From the NCBI GenBank assembly GCA_031983305.1, contig DALYYK010000001.1, positions 1 to 50,142 on the forward strand: DNA of 50,142 nucleotides, given 5' to 3'. Every line of letters starts with the position of its first letter. Position 1 is the first letter of the stretch. The notes under the pieces were generated by a model. It made no database searches and was not told the DNA's origin. It saw only the letters and a program-made list of their open reading frames with translations. The translations under genes and the position numbers were made by a program. The stretch comes from Candidatus Fimivivens sp. (GTDB lineage: Bacteria; Bacillota; Clostridia; Oscillospirales; Ruminococcaceae). Of this stretch, positions 26,475-36,448 are shown in pieces.

Positions 26475-29400
26475 TTATTTGCTTGTGCTGCTTAACATGC
26501 CGCCCGGTCTGCTTTCGTCGGTCAGTGTGTCAAGCACGACCGCCTTAACTTTGCGAGCCATATCGTTCCACTGAGAGCCGTTGTCCGAGATCTCAGATGA
26601 CTTGCTGCTCCCGTCACCGTAATTCTGAACAGTGATAGAAATCGCCACACTGTCGCCGCCAGCACCCTCGCCACCGCCAGTAAACGTCACCGGGATCGAA
26701 CGGCCGTCTGGGAGTGGCACATACGCCTCTTTGTGACTGCCCTCGCCAAACAACGCCAGCTGCGGGGATGAAGCGATACCGCCTTTGGCATACTTTTTGA
26801 GAGGAACCACACCGTCTGGACCGAACACCCCACCCTTGGCGTGTGCCGTCACCTGGAATTGGTTAGCGTTTGGCCTGACCTGAAAACCGTTGGTTCCATC
26901 CTGCACCGTGCTGGCCGAGTTTCCTGTCCAACCGGCAGAGGACATCGCGCCATACGCAGATGATGCCAACCCCATAATGCTCGCGGCCGCCCCTACATAC
27001 CCCATCCACTTATTGCCTGTCGCAGCGCCCAGCGCTGAAATCGTCGCGCCGATCGCAGTTACAGCCGTGCTTGCTGACAAAGTGAATCCACGCGTTGCAG
27101 AAGTCGCCTCTTGGGTAGAGACTGCATTCTGCGTCACCGCTGAAGTCGAGTTTTTGGTGCTGCCCGTCAATTCGTTGAAGCCATCTTTCAGGCTTTTCAA
27201 ACCTGATGACGCCAGACCCGATACGGATGTGGTCAGTGACTTGAAGGAGTTCTTTAGCCCATCAAACATGCTGCCAGAATCGTTACCGGCGCTGGCTGGT
27301 AAAGACATTGCCTCAACTGGCGAGCCTGATTGCTGGGTTTTGGTGAAGCTCCCCATAACCGCATCTTTGGCACCCGACAGCTTATCGCCCCAACTGGCTC
27401 CTGAGTTTGTACCCATTCCCAGCGACTGCATAAGCGGCTCAACAACCAGTGCCTTGGTGCTAACTTTCAACATTTCGTCAAAGATGTAATCGCCAAAATC
27501 AGCGATGCTGAACTTGCCGGTTTTGACGAACTCGGTCAGCTTATCAGTCAGGTTTTCGAAGCAGCTCGTCCACACAGATTCCATTTGCGAGGCTACATCG
27601 CTGTACTCCTGCGCCAACTTCTGCTGGGATGTGCCAACCTCTGCAATAAACGCTTTATTTCGGCCAGCCAGCATTTGTGAGATTGCACGGTCGTACACCT
27701 CTTTCATGCCCAGGTCTTGAGCGTTCTTCGACTGGCTCTGCAGGTAAGCTAGGCTTTCGTTAAACTTCTTATTCCACTCGGCCGCCGCAGATTGATAATC
27801 CGGGGTGTAGCCGGAGTTAACCACCTTGTTGGTCATCGGGGCGAACTTGGTAATGCTCTGCTCGGCAGCGTCTTGATTCAGTCGCTTGGAGTAGGCGTCC
27901 TTGTTCTGGTTGATGAACGCAAGCATGGTTTTGGCGTTGTCAATCATCCCCTTGGAAAGGGTATCGCTTGGCACTGCGTTAGCCATCTCAGTCAGGTGCT
28001 TAGTGACTTCCTGAATGTTCTGGTCGAACTCAACGCTCGCTTTCGATGACAGCCCCAGCTGGCCGGCCATCTGCTCCGCTTTTCCGATCCACGTCTCATT
28101 GGCTTTAATTGCCTTTTGACGCGCACTCTCCTCACGCTTAGCCGCTGATTCAGCGGATTTACCCGCTCGCTCAGCTGCGCGCTGGGCTTTTTGCTCATCC
28201 TTCAGCTTTGCCGCGGTCAGGATGGAAGAGATCTTCTCGCGCTGGTCTGCGGTAAGTTGCTCCATCTTGATGGTTTCGCCGTAGATAGATCGCAACTTCG
28301 TGTTGGCCTTCAGTTGGGCATCGCCCATCACAGCATCACCGGCAATGTCACGCATGATCGTGCCGTCTGGGTTCATTCGAGTTTGCTTACCAGTACCGAG
28401 CTGGGAATTAACAAACAGCGAGTTCAGACGGTCATCTTGCTTTTTGGTACCGCCAACACCGGTGTAATAAGAGCCATCCAGCATCTGCAAGCCTTTGCCG
28501 GATTGCTCGCGGATGTTCTTAATCTGCTCTTGAAGTCCTTTCAGAGAATCTTGCGCAGTGCTGAATGCCTGAGATTGCCCATTCAGCTGCCCTTGAAGTC
28601 GGGAACGATCGCTTTCATTTAGGGCTGGGTTTTCCAGCAATTTGCTGATGCGAACGACTTCTTGCCCAAGGCTATCAACGATTTTCTGAGTCTTGTCTGC
28701 TCCTTTTAAGAATGGCTTCAGATGGGCATCTCGGTCGGCGTTGTTAATCGCTTCCAGCTGCGCACTCTTCTCAGACGGCGACATCTTCTGATCTTGAGAG
28801 AGAACGGTGCGCTTGTTGCGCGCATCTTTCAGGGTGGTGGTACTGTACTTCGCCATACCTGCTTTGATGCCATTGTCTACGTCTTCAAGGCGTTTGGTGA
28901 CGATGTCTCGCGCCAGGTTCTCGTATTGAGCTTTATCCCCCATGCCGATGGTTTCTTTCAGCATTGTTGATTCGGCTTTGTTTCTGGCTAAACGGTCTTG
29001 AATAAGTTTGGTGTCAACGCCGACACCAGACATTTTGCCGCTCGATACCATATCCAGCGTCTGCTGATCCAGCGCGTTTTTGCGATCCAGTTCACTTGCG
29101 CGAGCAGTCATTTGAGAACGCTGCGCCGCAGTCATTGCTTCCGGGATTTTACGAATCTCGGCAACAGTCTCCGCTGTTTTATCTCTCAGAGAAGACATGA
29201 CGGCAATCAGGCCACCTACCGCGATAGCGATAGCTGTAATAGCTGCGCCAACTGGATTTGCGACAACTACAGCTGAAAAAGCGAGCCAAGCGGCGCGAAC
29301 CATCTTGATTGCTTCACCTACGCCAATGATCAGAGTCGCAGTAGTGCCGAACGTTCTGATTGAGGTAATGACTTTGCCAATTGCACCAATGGTTTTAGCA

Positions 29401-31055
29401 CCGGCTCCATTAACAACCTCAAATGCCTTTTTCAGACCACCGCCCATCTCGGCGCCAGCTGTGGCTACACCTGAAATAGTTCCTTTGAGAACCTTGAACC
29501 CCACCATACCAAGCGCGACCTGGCCAAGTGTTAACAGAAGCTCTTTGTTCCGCTCCGCCCACTTCGCCATATCCATCAGGCCATCCACAGCTTTGGAAAG
29601 CCCTTCGCCAAGGTCTTGCGCAAACACTTTGCCATCGGTGCTGTTCATGTAGGTGGACAGCTCTTTGAAGGCATTGGTGATTGAGTTGAGGTATCCTGCT
29701 TTACCAATGCGATCGGCAAATAGAGTGAACGAGGTCTGTAATTGAGCCAGCGCGCCAGTGTAGGCTTGCATCAGATTCTCAGCTGAGCCACGGCTTTGTG
29801 CATCAAGCCCCTGAAATAGCAGCTCCAGCCCCTGTTTGGCCGACACCGTACCGGTAGAAATCGCCTTGGTCAGTTGACCCATGGTGACACCTGCAGAATC
29901 TGCCATTGCCTGCATCGCGGTAGGAACCGCTTCACCTAATTGCTGACGCAGCTCTTCCATCGAAATGACGCCCTTACCGGACATCTGCTGGATTGCTACA
30001 GCTGCGCGCTTCAACAACTCACTATCGCCACCAAATCGCGCCACAGAGTCAACGAGAGACTTCAGCGAGCCATTGGCAGGATCGATGCCAGCTGACTTGA
30101 ACTTAACGAATGCGTCAGTCAACGCTTCCATAGCAAACGGGGCTGTTTTAGCCATGTTCACGATGTAGTTCATGTCATTGGTAGCAGCCAATTTAGGGTT
30201 GGCAGCTTCTTTATTCATACCTTCAAGCAAGATGCGCATCTTCTGCATCTGGGCAGCCGCTTCTACAATCGGCTCCTGCCAACCGAAAAGCATCTCCTTG
30301 ACGGTGTATGCGGCATCACCAATTTCACCCAGCATGAAGATGTTGCCTTTCATGCCGTCCATCAGCCCACCGCTGGAATGGCGACCGCCACGACCAGATC
30401 CACCGCCTGAATCACCAGAACCGCTGCGGCCAGGGCCACGTACATCAGCTCTTAGATTGCCCAATTCTCTTTGGCGGTTGATTAGCGCATCCATTTCCGC
30501 CACAACCTTTTTCATCTGGGTAGCGGCTTTAGTAGATGATGCAGCCCAATTCTCCATTTTCTTGCTGGAGTTGGACAATCGCGTGTTCATGCCAGAGGTG
30601 GCGGTGTTGGCTTCTTTGACCTCGTGGCTAAATGATGAGGCCGCACGACCAGCGTGATTAGCCCAATCGGAGAAATCACTCAGCTCAGATTGAACAGCCT
30701 GCAGCGAATGATGAAACCCCTTCGTGGCTTTGTCGGCTGCATCAATGCGTGTGGTGTAGGTTTTGAGGTTGGCATTGAACGTCACCAACTCTTGTCTGGT
30801 GTCGCGCATTGCTTTAGAGACAAGCTCAAAACCGGCGCCCAGGTCTTGAAGACCATTGGCGACGGATTCCAGCTTTTTGTCGAGCGTCCCCAAAATCCCG
30901 GCGACGGAACCCAGAGAACGCTCAAGTGTTGCGATTTTTTGGGCTGGCTTTGTGGCCTTCTCGCCAAAACTGACCAGCAGTTTTCCCGCCCGGTCGATTG
31001 CCGCGGTGAACTTTTTATCGTCCAGCGACAGAATAAACTCTACGTTGTCAGACAT
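26475..31055 (-). CDS. Tail tape measure protein
   Basis: About 1526 aa helical protein with tape-measure domain (QMSGKGVISMEELRQQLGE) and C-terminal HAKGG…GEGSHKEAYVPL. Confidence 0.93.
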   Translation of the reverse strand: MSDNVEFILSLDDKKFTAAIDRAGKLLVSFGEKATKPAQKIATLERSLGSVAGILGTLDKKLESVANGLQDLGAGFELVSKAMRDTRQELVTFNANLKTYTTRIDAADKATKGFHHSLQAVQSELSDFSDWANHAGRAASSFSHEVKEANTATSGMNTRLSNSSKKMENWAASSTKAATQMKKVVAEMDALINRQRELGNLRADVRGPGRSGSGDSGGGSGRGGRHSSGGLMDGMKGNIFMLGEIGDAAYTVKEMLFGWQEPIVEAAAQMQKMRILLEGMNKEAANPKLAATNDMNYIVNMAKTAPFAMEALTDAFVKFKSAGIDPANGSLKSLVDSVARFGGDSELLKRAAVAIQQMSGKGVISMEELRQQLGEAVPTAMQAMADSAGVTMGQLTKAISTGTVSAKQGLELLFQGLDAQSRGSAENLMQAYTGALAQLQTSFTLFADRIGKAGYLNSITNAFKELSTYMNSTDGKVFAQDLGEGLSKAVDGLMDMAKWAERNKELLLTLGQVALGMVGFKVLKGTISGVATAGAEMGGGLKKAFEVVNGAGAKTIGAIGKVITSIRTFGTTATLIIGVGEAIKMVRAAWLAFSAVVVANPVGAAITAIAIAVGGLIAVMSSLRDKTAETVAEIRKIPEAMTAAQRSQMTARASELDRKNALDQQTLDMVSSGKMSGVGVDTKLIQDRLARNKAESTMLKETIGMGDKAQYENLARDIVTKRLEDVDNGIKAGMAKYSTTTLKDARNKRTVLSQDQKMSPSEKSAQLEAINNADRDAHLKPFLKGADKTQKIVDSLGQEVVRISKLLENPALNESDRSRLQGQLNGQSQAFSTAQDSLKGLQEQIKNIREQSGKGLQMLDGSYYTGVGGTKKQDDRLNSLFVNSQLGTGKQTRMNPDGTIMRDIAGDAVMGDAQLKANTKLRSIYGETIKMEQLTADQREKISSILTAAKLKDEQKAQRAAERAGKSAESAAKREESARQKAIKANETWIGKAEQMAGQLGLSSKASVEFDQNIQEVTKHLTEMANAVPSDTLSKGMIDNAKTMLAFINQNKDAYSKRLNQDAAEQSITKFAPMTNKVVNSGYTPDYQSAAAEWNKKFNESLAYLQSQSKNAQDLGMKEVYDRAISQMLAGRNKAFIAEVGTSQQKLAQEYSDVASQMESVWTSCFENLTDKLTEFVKTGKFSIADFGDYIFDEMLKVSTKALVVEPLMQSLGMGTNSGASWGDKLSGAKDAVMGSFTKTQQSGSPVEAMSLPASAGNDSGSMFDGLKNSFKSLTTSVSGLASSGLKSLKDGFNELTGSTKNSTSAVTQNAVSTQEATSATRGFTLSASTAVTAIGATISALGAATGNKWMGYVGAAASIMGLASSAYGAMSSAGWTGNSASTVQDGTNGFQVRPNANQFQVTAHAKGGVFGPDGVVPLKKYAKGGIASSPQLALFGEGSHKEAYVPLPDGRSIPVTFTGGGEGAGGDSVAISITVQNYGDGSSKSSEISDNGSQWNDMARKVKAVVLDTLTDESRPGGMLSSTSK

Positions 31056-31062
31056 TCCCTTG

Positions 31063-31421
31063 TCATCCTGCGCCAAAAATTTTCATCAGTTGCTCTTTGG
31101 CGTCGGGGTCTGCTTTCGCATAACTTGGATCGTAGACTTTATCGGTAACGACTGGTCTTCCAATACGGTGTTGCAAACCCTCCATGAACGCCTTGCCGCT
31201 ATCAGCATCTGCCTGGGCGACTCTTGCCACCTGGAAACTACGGACATCCTCTTCAGCCCGGAGACGATCAATGTTTCGACTCAACATCCAAAACATGGCC
31301 AACGGCAGCTGAAGTAGTTCTCTCGGTGAGACGGCATAGTGAGCAACAACACGACTGAAATAGAATCCGAGATCGATGGAAACCGTCACCATCTGCCCGG
31401 ACTCATCGCGGGTAATTACTT
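31063..31421 (-). CDS. Tail assembly chaperone GT C-terminal part (-1 frameshift product)
   Basis: The -1 frame is open from GCA AAG (K-V-I-T-R-D-E-S-G-Q-M-V-T…) into ORF 31063..31392. Confidence 0.75.
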
Positions 31422-31733
31422 TGCTTCTTCACCGGCAGCTTTTTCGTTCTCTTCTTCAACAACTTCCATGGCGAAGGTGAACACCTGCTGCAGTTGAGGC
31501 AGCGACAGCTTTTCAAGTGCTTCAGGGGTAACAGTTGGCAGTAACTTCTGCACCAGATCCGCGTATGAGGTTACCTGGTCGGCCATAGACAGAGCGGAGA
31601 GATCCTTCCCTTCCATCTGCTTAATAGCGACGAACAGACCAACGGTCATTTCGACGATCGGGTATTTCTTACCGCCAAATTTGATTGCTTTTTGTGGAGG
31701 CGAGATTGCATCCAGATCGAGTAATTTGGTCAT
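31416..31733 (-). CDS. Tail assembly chaperone G
   Basis: Small acidic protein between the major tail and tape measure genes. Confidence 0.8.
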   Translation of the reverse strand: MTKLLDLDAISPPQKAIKFGGKKYPIVEMTVGLFVAIKQMEGKDLSALSMADQVTSYADLVQKLLPTVTPEALEKLSLPQLQQVFTFAMEVVEEENEKAAGEEAK

Positions 31734-31780
31734 TTTCAAATCCGTTTAAATAAGAGGCTCGTCCTGAGCCTCTTTGGGTG

Positions 31781-32542
31781 TTACGCGACGGTGATTGCTG
31801 CCGAAGCAGTCTTCGCACCGTCAGTGGTGGTGAAGGCGATCTGGGTATTACCCGCAGCCTTACCAGTTACCTTGCCGGTGCTATCTACAGTAGCTACAGC
31901 AGTGTTGCTCGATACCCACGTACCTGTTTTATCGGTGGCGTTGGTAGGCGCAAATACTGCGGCCAGCTGAGTAGTACCGCCCACTGCAATATTTGCCGTG
32001 GTTGGATTAACAGCTACGCCAGTGACTGCGGCAGATGCGTCACCAGCATTAGGCTTTGGGTTGGTCATGGTTCCGAGAATGCCGTCGTCGTCCGGGTATG
32101 CGTTGAAATCAACGGAGAACACGCGAACGTCATCGGATTTGTAGGCCATGGTGAAGTTACCAGCGGTAGCGGCCTTCGGCAGAGTCAGCACGAAGTCGGT
32201 GCCGTCCTGCGGCGTCAGGATCAGTTCCTGGGCAACATCGACAAGGTTAACGCCCTGAGCTGAGCTGATTGACAAGGTATTTTTATCTTCAGACATGGTC
32301 GAGCCAGGCATCAGATTAACCAGGTTCGCCAGAACACTTTCGGCCAGTGGAGCGGTAACTTTCACGTTACGACCCTGCACCAGTTCGGAAATGGTGGTCT
32401 GACCCAACTGGTCAACGGTGACTTTGAGGGTTTCGGTAGAAACCTCAACTTCAACGCCGCCTTTGGTGTAGCCAAGATCCTGGCCACCGAAAGACACTTT
32501 GCAAGCGCCTAATTTGATATTCTTAACATGGGTGTTAGCCAT
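31781..32542 (-). CDS. Major tail protein with C-terminal Ig-like (Big_2) domain
   Basis: LGYTKGGVEV tail-tube motif; VTGVAVNPT…WVSSNTAVATVD..G.VTG Big_2 domain. Confidence 0.92.
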   Translation of the reverse strand: MANTHVKNIKLGACKVSFGGQDLGYTKGGVEVEVSTETLKVTVDQLGQTTISELVQGRNVKVTAPLAESVLANLVNLMPGSTMSEDKNTLSISSAQGVNLVDVAQELILTPQDGTDFVLTLPKAATAGNFTMAYKSDDVRVFSVDFNAYPDDDGILGTMTNPKPNAGDASAAVTGVAVNPTTANIAVGGTTQLAAVFAPTNATDKTGTWVSSNTAVATVDSTGKVTGKAAGNTQIAFTTTDGAKTASAAITVA

Positions 32543-32650
32543 TGTTTGCAAACTCCTTTTTGCATTGGGTGCCGCATTCCTTGCGGCAAAAGTAAGTATA
32601 TAGCTATTTTTTACTTTAAAAAAGTAACCACGCAGCTATTTTAATGATGA

Positions 32651-33031
32651 TTACATTGGATATGCTGCAAATTCGACGGGAATACCAGCCTCGAACAGCG
32701 ATCCATCATCCTGCGGGTAGATGATCGGCAGAGACAAAGGCTTAACATATTTAAACCGAATGCCCTGCACTTCTGTATCAAGCATAGGCAGAACGGCCAT
32801 GATTTTGTTAGCTCTGGCCGACACGGCAGACAATGTTGGCTCTCTGATAATTACGGTGAAAACATCCTGATAAAAGCCATCAAGCTCGCGGTCAATGGCA
32901 ATACCGGTATTGGGATTCACCAGCAAAATTCCGCTTTTGACTGAAGCCGGCATGTGGTGCGCGAAAGTATCTTTACCAATCACGCCTAACTTCTTGTCCT
33001 GAAGAAATTTAGCAAACGCTTCAATAAACAT
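32651..33031 (-). CDS. Tail terminator / tail completion protein
   Basis: Position upstream of the major tail gene; size and pattern typical. Confidence 0.7.
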   Translation of the reverse strand: MFIEAFAKFLQDKKLGVIGKDTFAHHMPASVKSGILLVNPNTGIAIDRELDGFYQDVFTVIIREPTLSAVSARANKIMAVLPMLDTEVQGIRFKYVKPLSLPIIYPQDDGSLFEAGIPVEFAAYPM

Positions 33032-33032
33032 T

Positions 33033-33503
33033 TCACCCCCTTGTGAATCCGGCCTTTCTCGCTGCTTCTGTCACAGCTTCCCTGAACCGTTTTTCGCCCA
33101 TTTCAATCGCGCGCTCCATATAGAGACGCCCTACCCTCGCTCGCATTCCCTCGATCGGCGGGTTGGTGACGCTCTTCATTCTCGACAATCGGCCAAGCCG
33201 GTAGTGATCGTTGTGCATGTAATCCGCATATTGCCCAACCGTCACGCCCGGGTGTCCCTCGCGAGATGTTGCACCGGAGACATACAGCTCGACTTTCACC
33301 TCAGAGAAGTTATTGATCACGCGCGCGTAAATCGCCTTTTCCAGTGATCCGGTTTCAATCGGCGCCATAGCTCTGGCCAATCGCTCCATCACCTTAGCCA
33401 CCTTCTCCATGTCGCGAAGCAGGTAACGCTTAAATGCTTTTTGACGCTGATCGAGAGAATTGGCCTGGCGTCGTAACTTTGATGCGTCGTAACTCAGACC
33501 CAT
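33033..33503 (-). CDS. Neck/tail completion protein (HK97 gp10-like)
   Basis: ARAMAPIETGSLEKAI…YA.Y.H motif. Confidence 0.75.
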   Translation of the reverse strand: MGLSYDASKLRRQANSLDQRQKAFKRYLLRDMEKVAKVMERLARAMAPIETGSLEKAIYARVINNFSEVKVELYVSGATSREGHPGVTVGQYADYMHNDHYRLGRLSRMKSVTNPPIEGMRARVGRLYMERAIEMGEKRFREAVTEAARKAGFTRG

Positions 33504-33838
33504 ACGTTTGCCCCGACTTCCAGATGACCAGGGCGCCCACGAAGCCCCCAACGACGCTCTACGCTCGCCACCAGCAACTTAGTGCCAGACATCACCAGAA
33601 CGTCATCCAGCTTCACATCAGCAGCCAGGGGCACGATTAACACAGCATTAAACGTCTCTACGTCAGCTTTGCCACGACTAACAGAGCTATCAGCCCTTAC
33701 GGACGACTGGACAACACCTTCCGTGAAGTTCACCACGCCAACTTTGGCGCTTCTAACAAATTGATATTTCGACTCGCCGTAGATGTTCATTCCGCCTTTG
33801 CGGTACACAGCGAGTTCAGTTTGCCAGGCTACGTGCAT
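33494..33838 (-). CDS. Head closure (stopper) protein
   Basis: Beta-rich, 114 aa, in head-tail joining position. Confidence 0.7.
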   Translation of the reverse strand: MHVAWQTELAVYRKGGMNIYGESKYQFVRSAKVGVVNFTEGVVQSSVRADSSVSRGKADVETFNAVLIVPLAADVKLDDVLVMSGTKLLVASVERRWGLRGRPGHLEVGANVWV

Positions 33839-33947
33839 ACTCACCTCCATGTGAATAAACAGCGCCAGCGCCATTCAGCTGGTGCGGGTGCATCAAGGAT
33901 GACTTCAACCCTGCCCCCATGCTGGTGGCTGCTGGCACGACAACTGG

Positions 33948-34781
33948 CTATCGACGAACGATAAACCGGTTATTTGTGTATTTCGCTAACAAACGCCAAG
34001 TGGTTCTGGCAACCGTTTTGGGTGCGCTCTTGCCGGTTCGGTACATGTTGGTCGTTTCGCCAATCGACTCCGACAGGATTCCATCTTCACGCGCGGCAGC
34101 TACATCATTGCCGTTGGCAATTTCACACGCTTCGTTGATCACAGCCAACATCACAGCGCGCTTAAAGACATCCGGGAATGCAGCAAAATCCTCATCGGTC
34201 AGCTCATCCCAATCCATCATATCAATGCGGTACTGTCCTGCTGCGCCAAACGGCATTGTGGTGACGTTCAACATGTTTTGCGGTCGGTCGTAATCGTCAT
34301 AATCGATACCGAAGATTCGACGAATTGAGAAAGGCATTGTCTTGATGCGATTCGTGGCCTCAATAAGACGCTTGCGCATCAGGCTGTCACCATCGGCAAG
34401 TAACGCATCCCCATTCAGCATGTCGATTGCCTGCATCTGGGCGTCAGCGATTGTGGCAAACGAATGCCGTGGAACCGCCAGCTCAAAGTCTGCCATCAGA
34501 ACATACAGCAGCTCACTGAGGTGATTGATAGTGCCGTCATTGACCGTCAAGACCAAACGACGCAAATCCCGTTCACGATCTGCAAGCTGGTTGTACTCGG
34601 CTGGCACGACAACAGTGACGGACATCTTGCCAACCTCAAATTCCACTGGCACATCTTCCGCCACAATGTTCGCCCGGCCGTCTTTCAGGGTGTACGTTGC
34701 GGTTGCCGCATCGAGCACATTGAGAGTGAATGACAGCGAAACAGCTTCGCCGCTTTTAAACGTGCCGAGCTGAGCCATCAT
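33948..34781 (-). CDS. Head-tail adaptor protein
   Basis: SFATIADA…LIEATNRI…ESIGETT…WRLLAKY adaptor pattern. Confidence 0.7.
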   Translation of the reverse strand: MMAQLGTFKSGEAVSLSFTLNVLDAATATYTLKDGRANIVAEDVPVEFEVGKMSVTVVVPAEYNQLADRERDLRRLVLTVNDGTINHLSELLYVLMADFELAVPRHSFATIADAQMQAIDMLNGDALLADGDSLMRKRLIEATNRIKTMPFSIRRIFGIDYDDYDRPQNMLNVTTMPFGAAGQYRIDMMDWDELTDEDFAAFPDVFKRAVMLAVINEACEIANGNDVAAAREDGILSESIGETTNMYRTGKSAPKTVARTTWRLLAKYTNNRFIVRR

Positions 34782-35212
34782 TCACCGCCCTGGGCTTTCA
34801 AAATACCTTCAATCATCTCAACGATGCCCTTGCCCTTTACCCCCAGCTCATTTCCGATCTGGCGCAAACCGGCAATTCCTTCGCTGTCGGCTACCGCTTC
34901 CAGCTCTTCGCGAGAGAACTTAGGCTGGGTGCTTACCTGGGCTTGCGTTGTCACTCGCTCCATACGCTCATTAACTGGCGCTGCGGTCTCTTTTACGCTG
35001 TCAGCGGATAATCCATGGCGCTCGCTATAAATGCCAGAAGGTGACATGTTTGTACCCTCAACGGTCTCTGCTCGCATTGATGAGCAGATGCGCTGCTGAT
35101 CTACGAAAGGTAGTTCTGATACTGAAACACCATCTTCAAACTGGATGCCGCATAAAATACCTGTGTAGCCTCTGAAACAAGATTCTAGCAGTCGAACTTT
35201 TGCTGATTTCAT
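34778..35212 (-). CDS. Virion-associated hypothetical protein (paralog of 35253..35468) with C-terminal HeH-like domain
   Basis: KVRL…YTG.LCGIQFEDGVS; C-terminal GIAGLRQIGNELGVKGKGI. Confidence 0.7.
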   Translation of the reverse strand: MKSAKVRLLESCFRGYTGILCGIQFEDGVSVSELPFVDQQRICSSMRAETVEGTNMSPSGIYSERHGLSADSVKETAAPVNERMERVTTQAQVSTQPKFSREELEAVADSEGIAGLRQIGNELGVKGKGIVEMIEGILKAQGGE

Positions 35213-35252
35213 ATGAGTCCCTATAGAGGCCGCTTAGGCGGCCAAGTTATAA

Positions 35253-35468
35253 TTATTCAGTGCCGGTATCGGCGGCAGCTGTAGGTGCTGCTGTAGTTGC
35301 GGCTGCAGCCACTTCAACTACCTCACCGCGCAGGGCGGCAAACATTCGCTTTTGTCGGGCTTCACTCACCGGGCTGGTGGTAACGCTATGCTCAAATTGC
35401 ACACCGAACATGTGACCCGTGTAATCCGAGAGCACTTCTTCGGTAATGCGTACTTTTTTGTCTGCCAT
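35253..35468 (-). CDS. Small virion-associated hypothetical protein
   Basis: KVRI…YTGHMFGVQFEHSVT; GGAG RBS before ATG 35468. Confidence 0.7.
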   Translation of the reverse strand: MADKKVRITEEVLSDYTGHMFGVQFEHSVTTSPVSEARQKRMFAALRGEVVEVAAAATTAAPTAAADTGTE

Positions 35469-35549
35469 GTTTACTCCATAAAAAAGGGCGGGCGACTGCC
35501 CACCCTTGCTAGTGATCCTTGATAGGTAGTTAACCACCTATCAATAAGA

Positions 35550-36422
35550 TTAAATCTTAACGCCTTTCAGCGCAGCGATCGCTTTGTCGTGCTTGTTCGC
35601 CAGAGAGCAGTACCACTTAACGCGAGTACGCAGGGCGTCTTTGTTTTGAACGGTGCCGATGGACTCAACCACGATACCGGCATTGTCACCACCGTACAGA
35701 CCAGTCAGGCCGTTCTCTTCAGACAGGTGCAGGCCGTAGATGTCAGCAGCACCGTCAACGACAGGGATGAAGTCGTTCACGATGAACGGAATGCCGTTGT
35801 GAGTCAGCATTGGGCGGCCAAAGTTTTCGATCATCACTTCAGATGGACCGACGTTCACGGTGCGCAGCAGCGCACGATAAGCGCGCATGTGTTCAGAGCG
35901 AACCATCAGGCAGTCAGCGCCCAGATCTTTCACGGCATCAACCAGCTCATCGAGCATGGAGAAGGTCATGGAAGCGTTGGCAACAATACCCTGGTCAGCA
36001 GCCATCAGCTTGGCAATGCCGTCGAAGGATTTCGCGTCTTTGGTGGAGTCACCCTGGATCAGGTTGCGGCGGAATGCGCGCGCCAGACCTTTCACTTTGG
36101 AACGAACCTGGATAGCCAACTGGCTATTGGTGTCGGCCATGGTGGTTGCCAGGAATTTATCAACGTCAACGTCGCCAGCCAGAATACGCAGCTTAGCCAC
36201 ATGCTCGGTGAACGTTGCAGCGCCTTCTGGAACCACATCGTTCACGTCAATGAAGCTGGCTTCAGACAGTGAATCTTCGCGGTTGTACAGATACGCCTTA
36301 GAGTTGATCTTCATGAAAGGCAGAACGGCAAACAGGTCATCGCGATCGATGATAGTTTCGATTACGCCCTGTTCCAGTTCGTTGTTAGACAGCTTTTCAG
36401 CTTCGTCTCGCAGTAATGGCAT
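35550..36422 (-). CDS. Major capsid protein (HK97 fold)
   Basis: GVIETI…LFAVLPF…GDVDVDKF…FDGI…RTRVKWYC; follows the scaffold gene. Confidence 0.9.
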   Translation of the reverse strand: MPLLRDEAEKLSNNELEQGVIETIIDRDDLFAVLPFMKINSKAYLYNREDSLSEASFIDVNDVVPEGAATFTEHVAKLRILAGDVDVDKFLATTMADTNSQLAIQVRSKVKGLARAFRRNLIQGDSTKDAKSFDGIAKLMAADQGIVANASMTFSMLDELVDAVKDLGADCLMVRSEHMRAYRALLRTVNVGPSEVMIENFGRPMLTHNGIPFIVNDFIPVVDGAADIYGLHLSEENGLTGLYGGDNAGIVVESIGTVQNKDALRTRVKWYCSLANKHDKAIAALKGVKI

Positions 36423-36448
36423 CTTTTCAATTCCTTTTGATTAAGATG

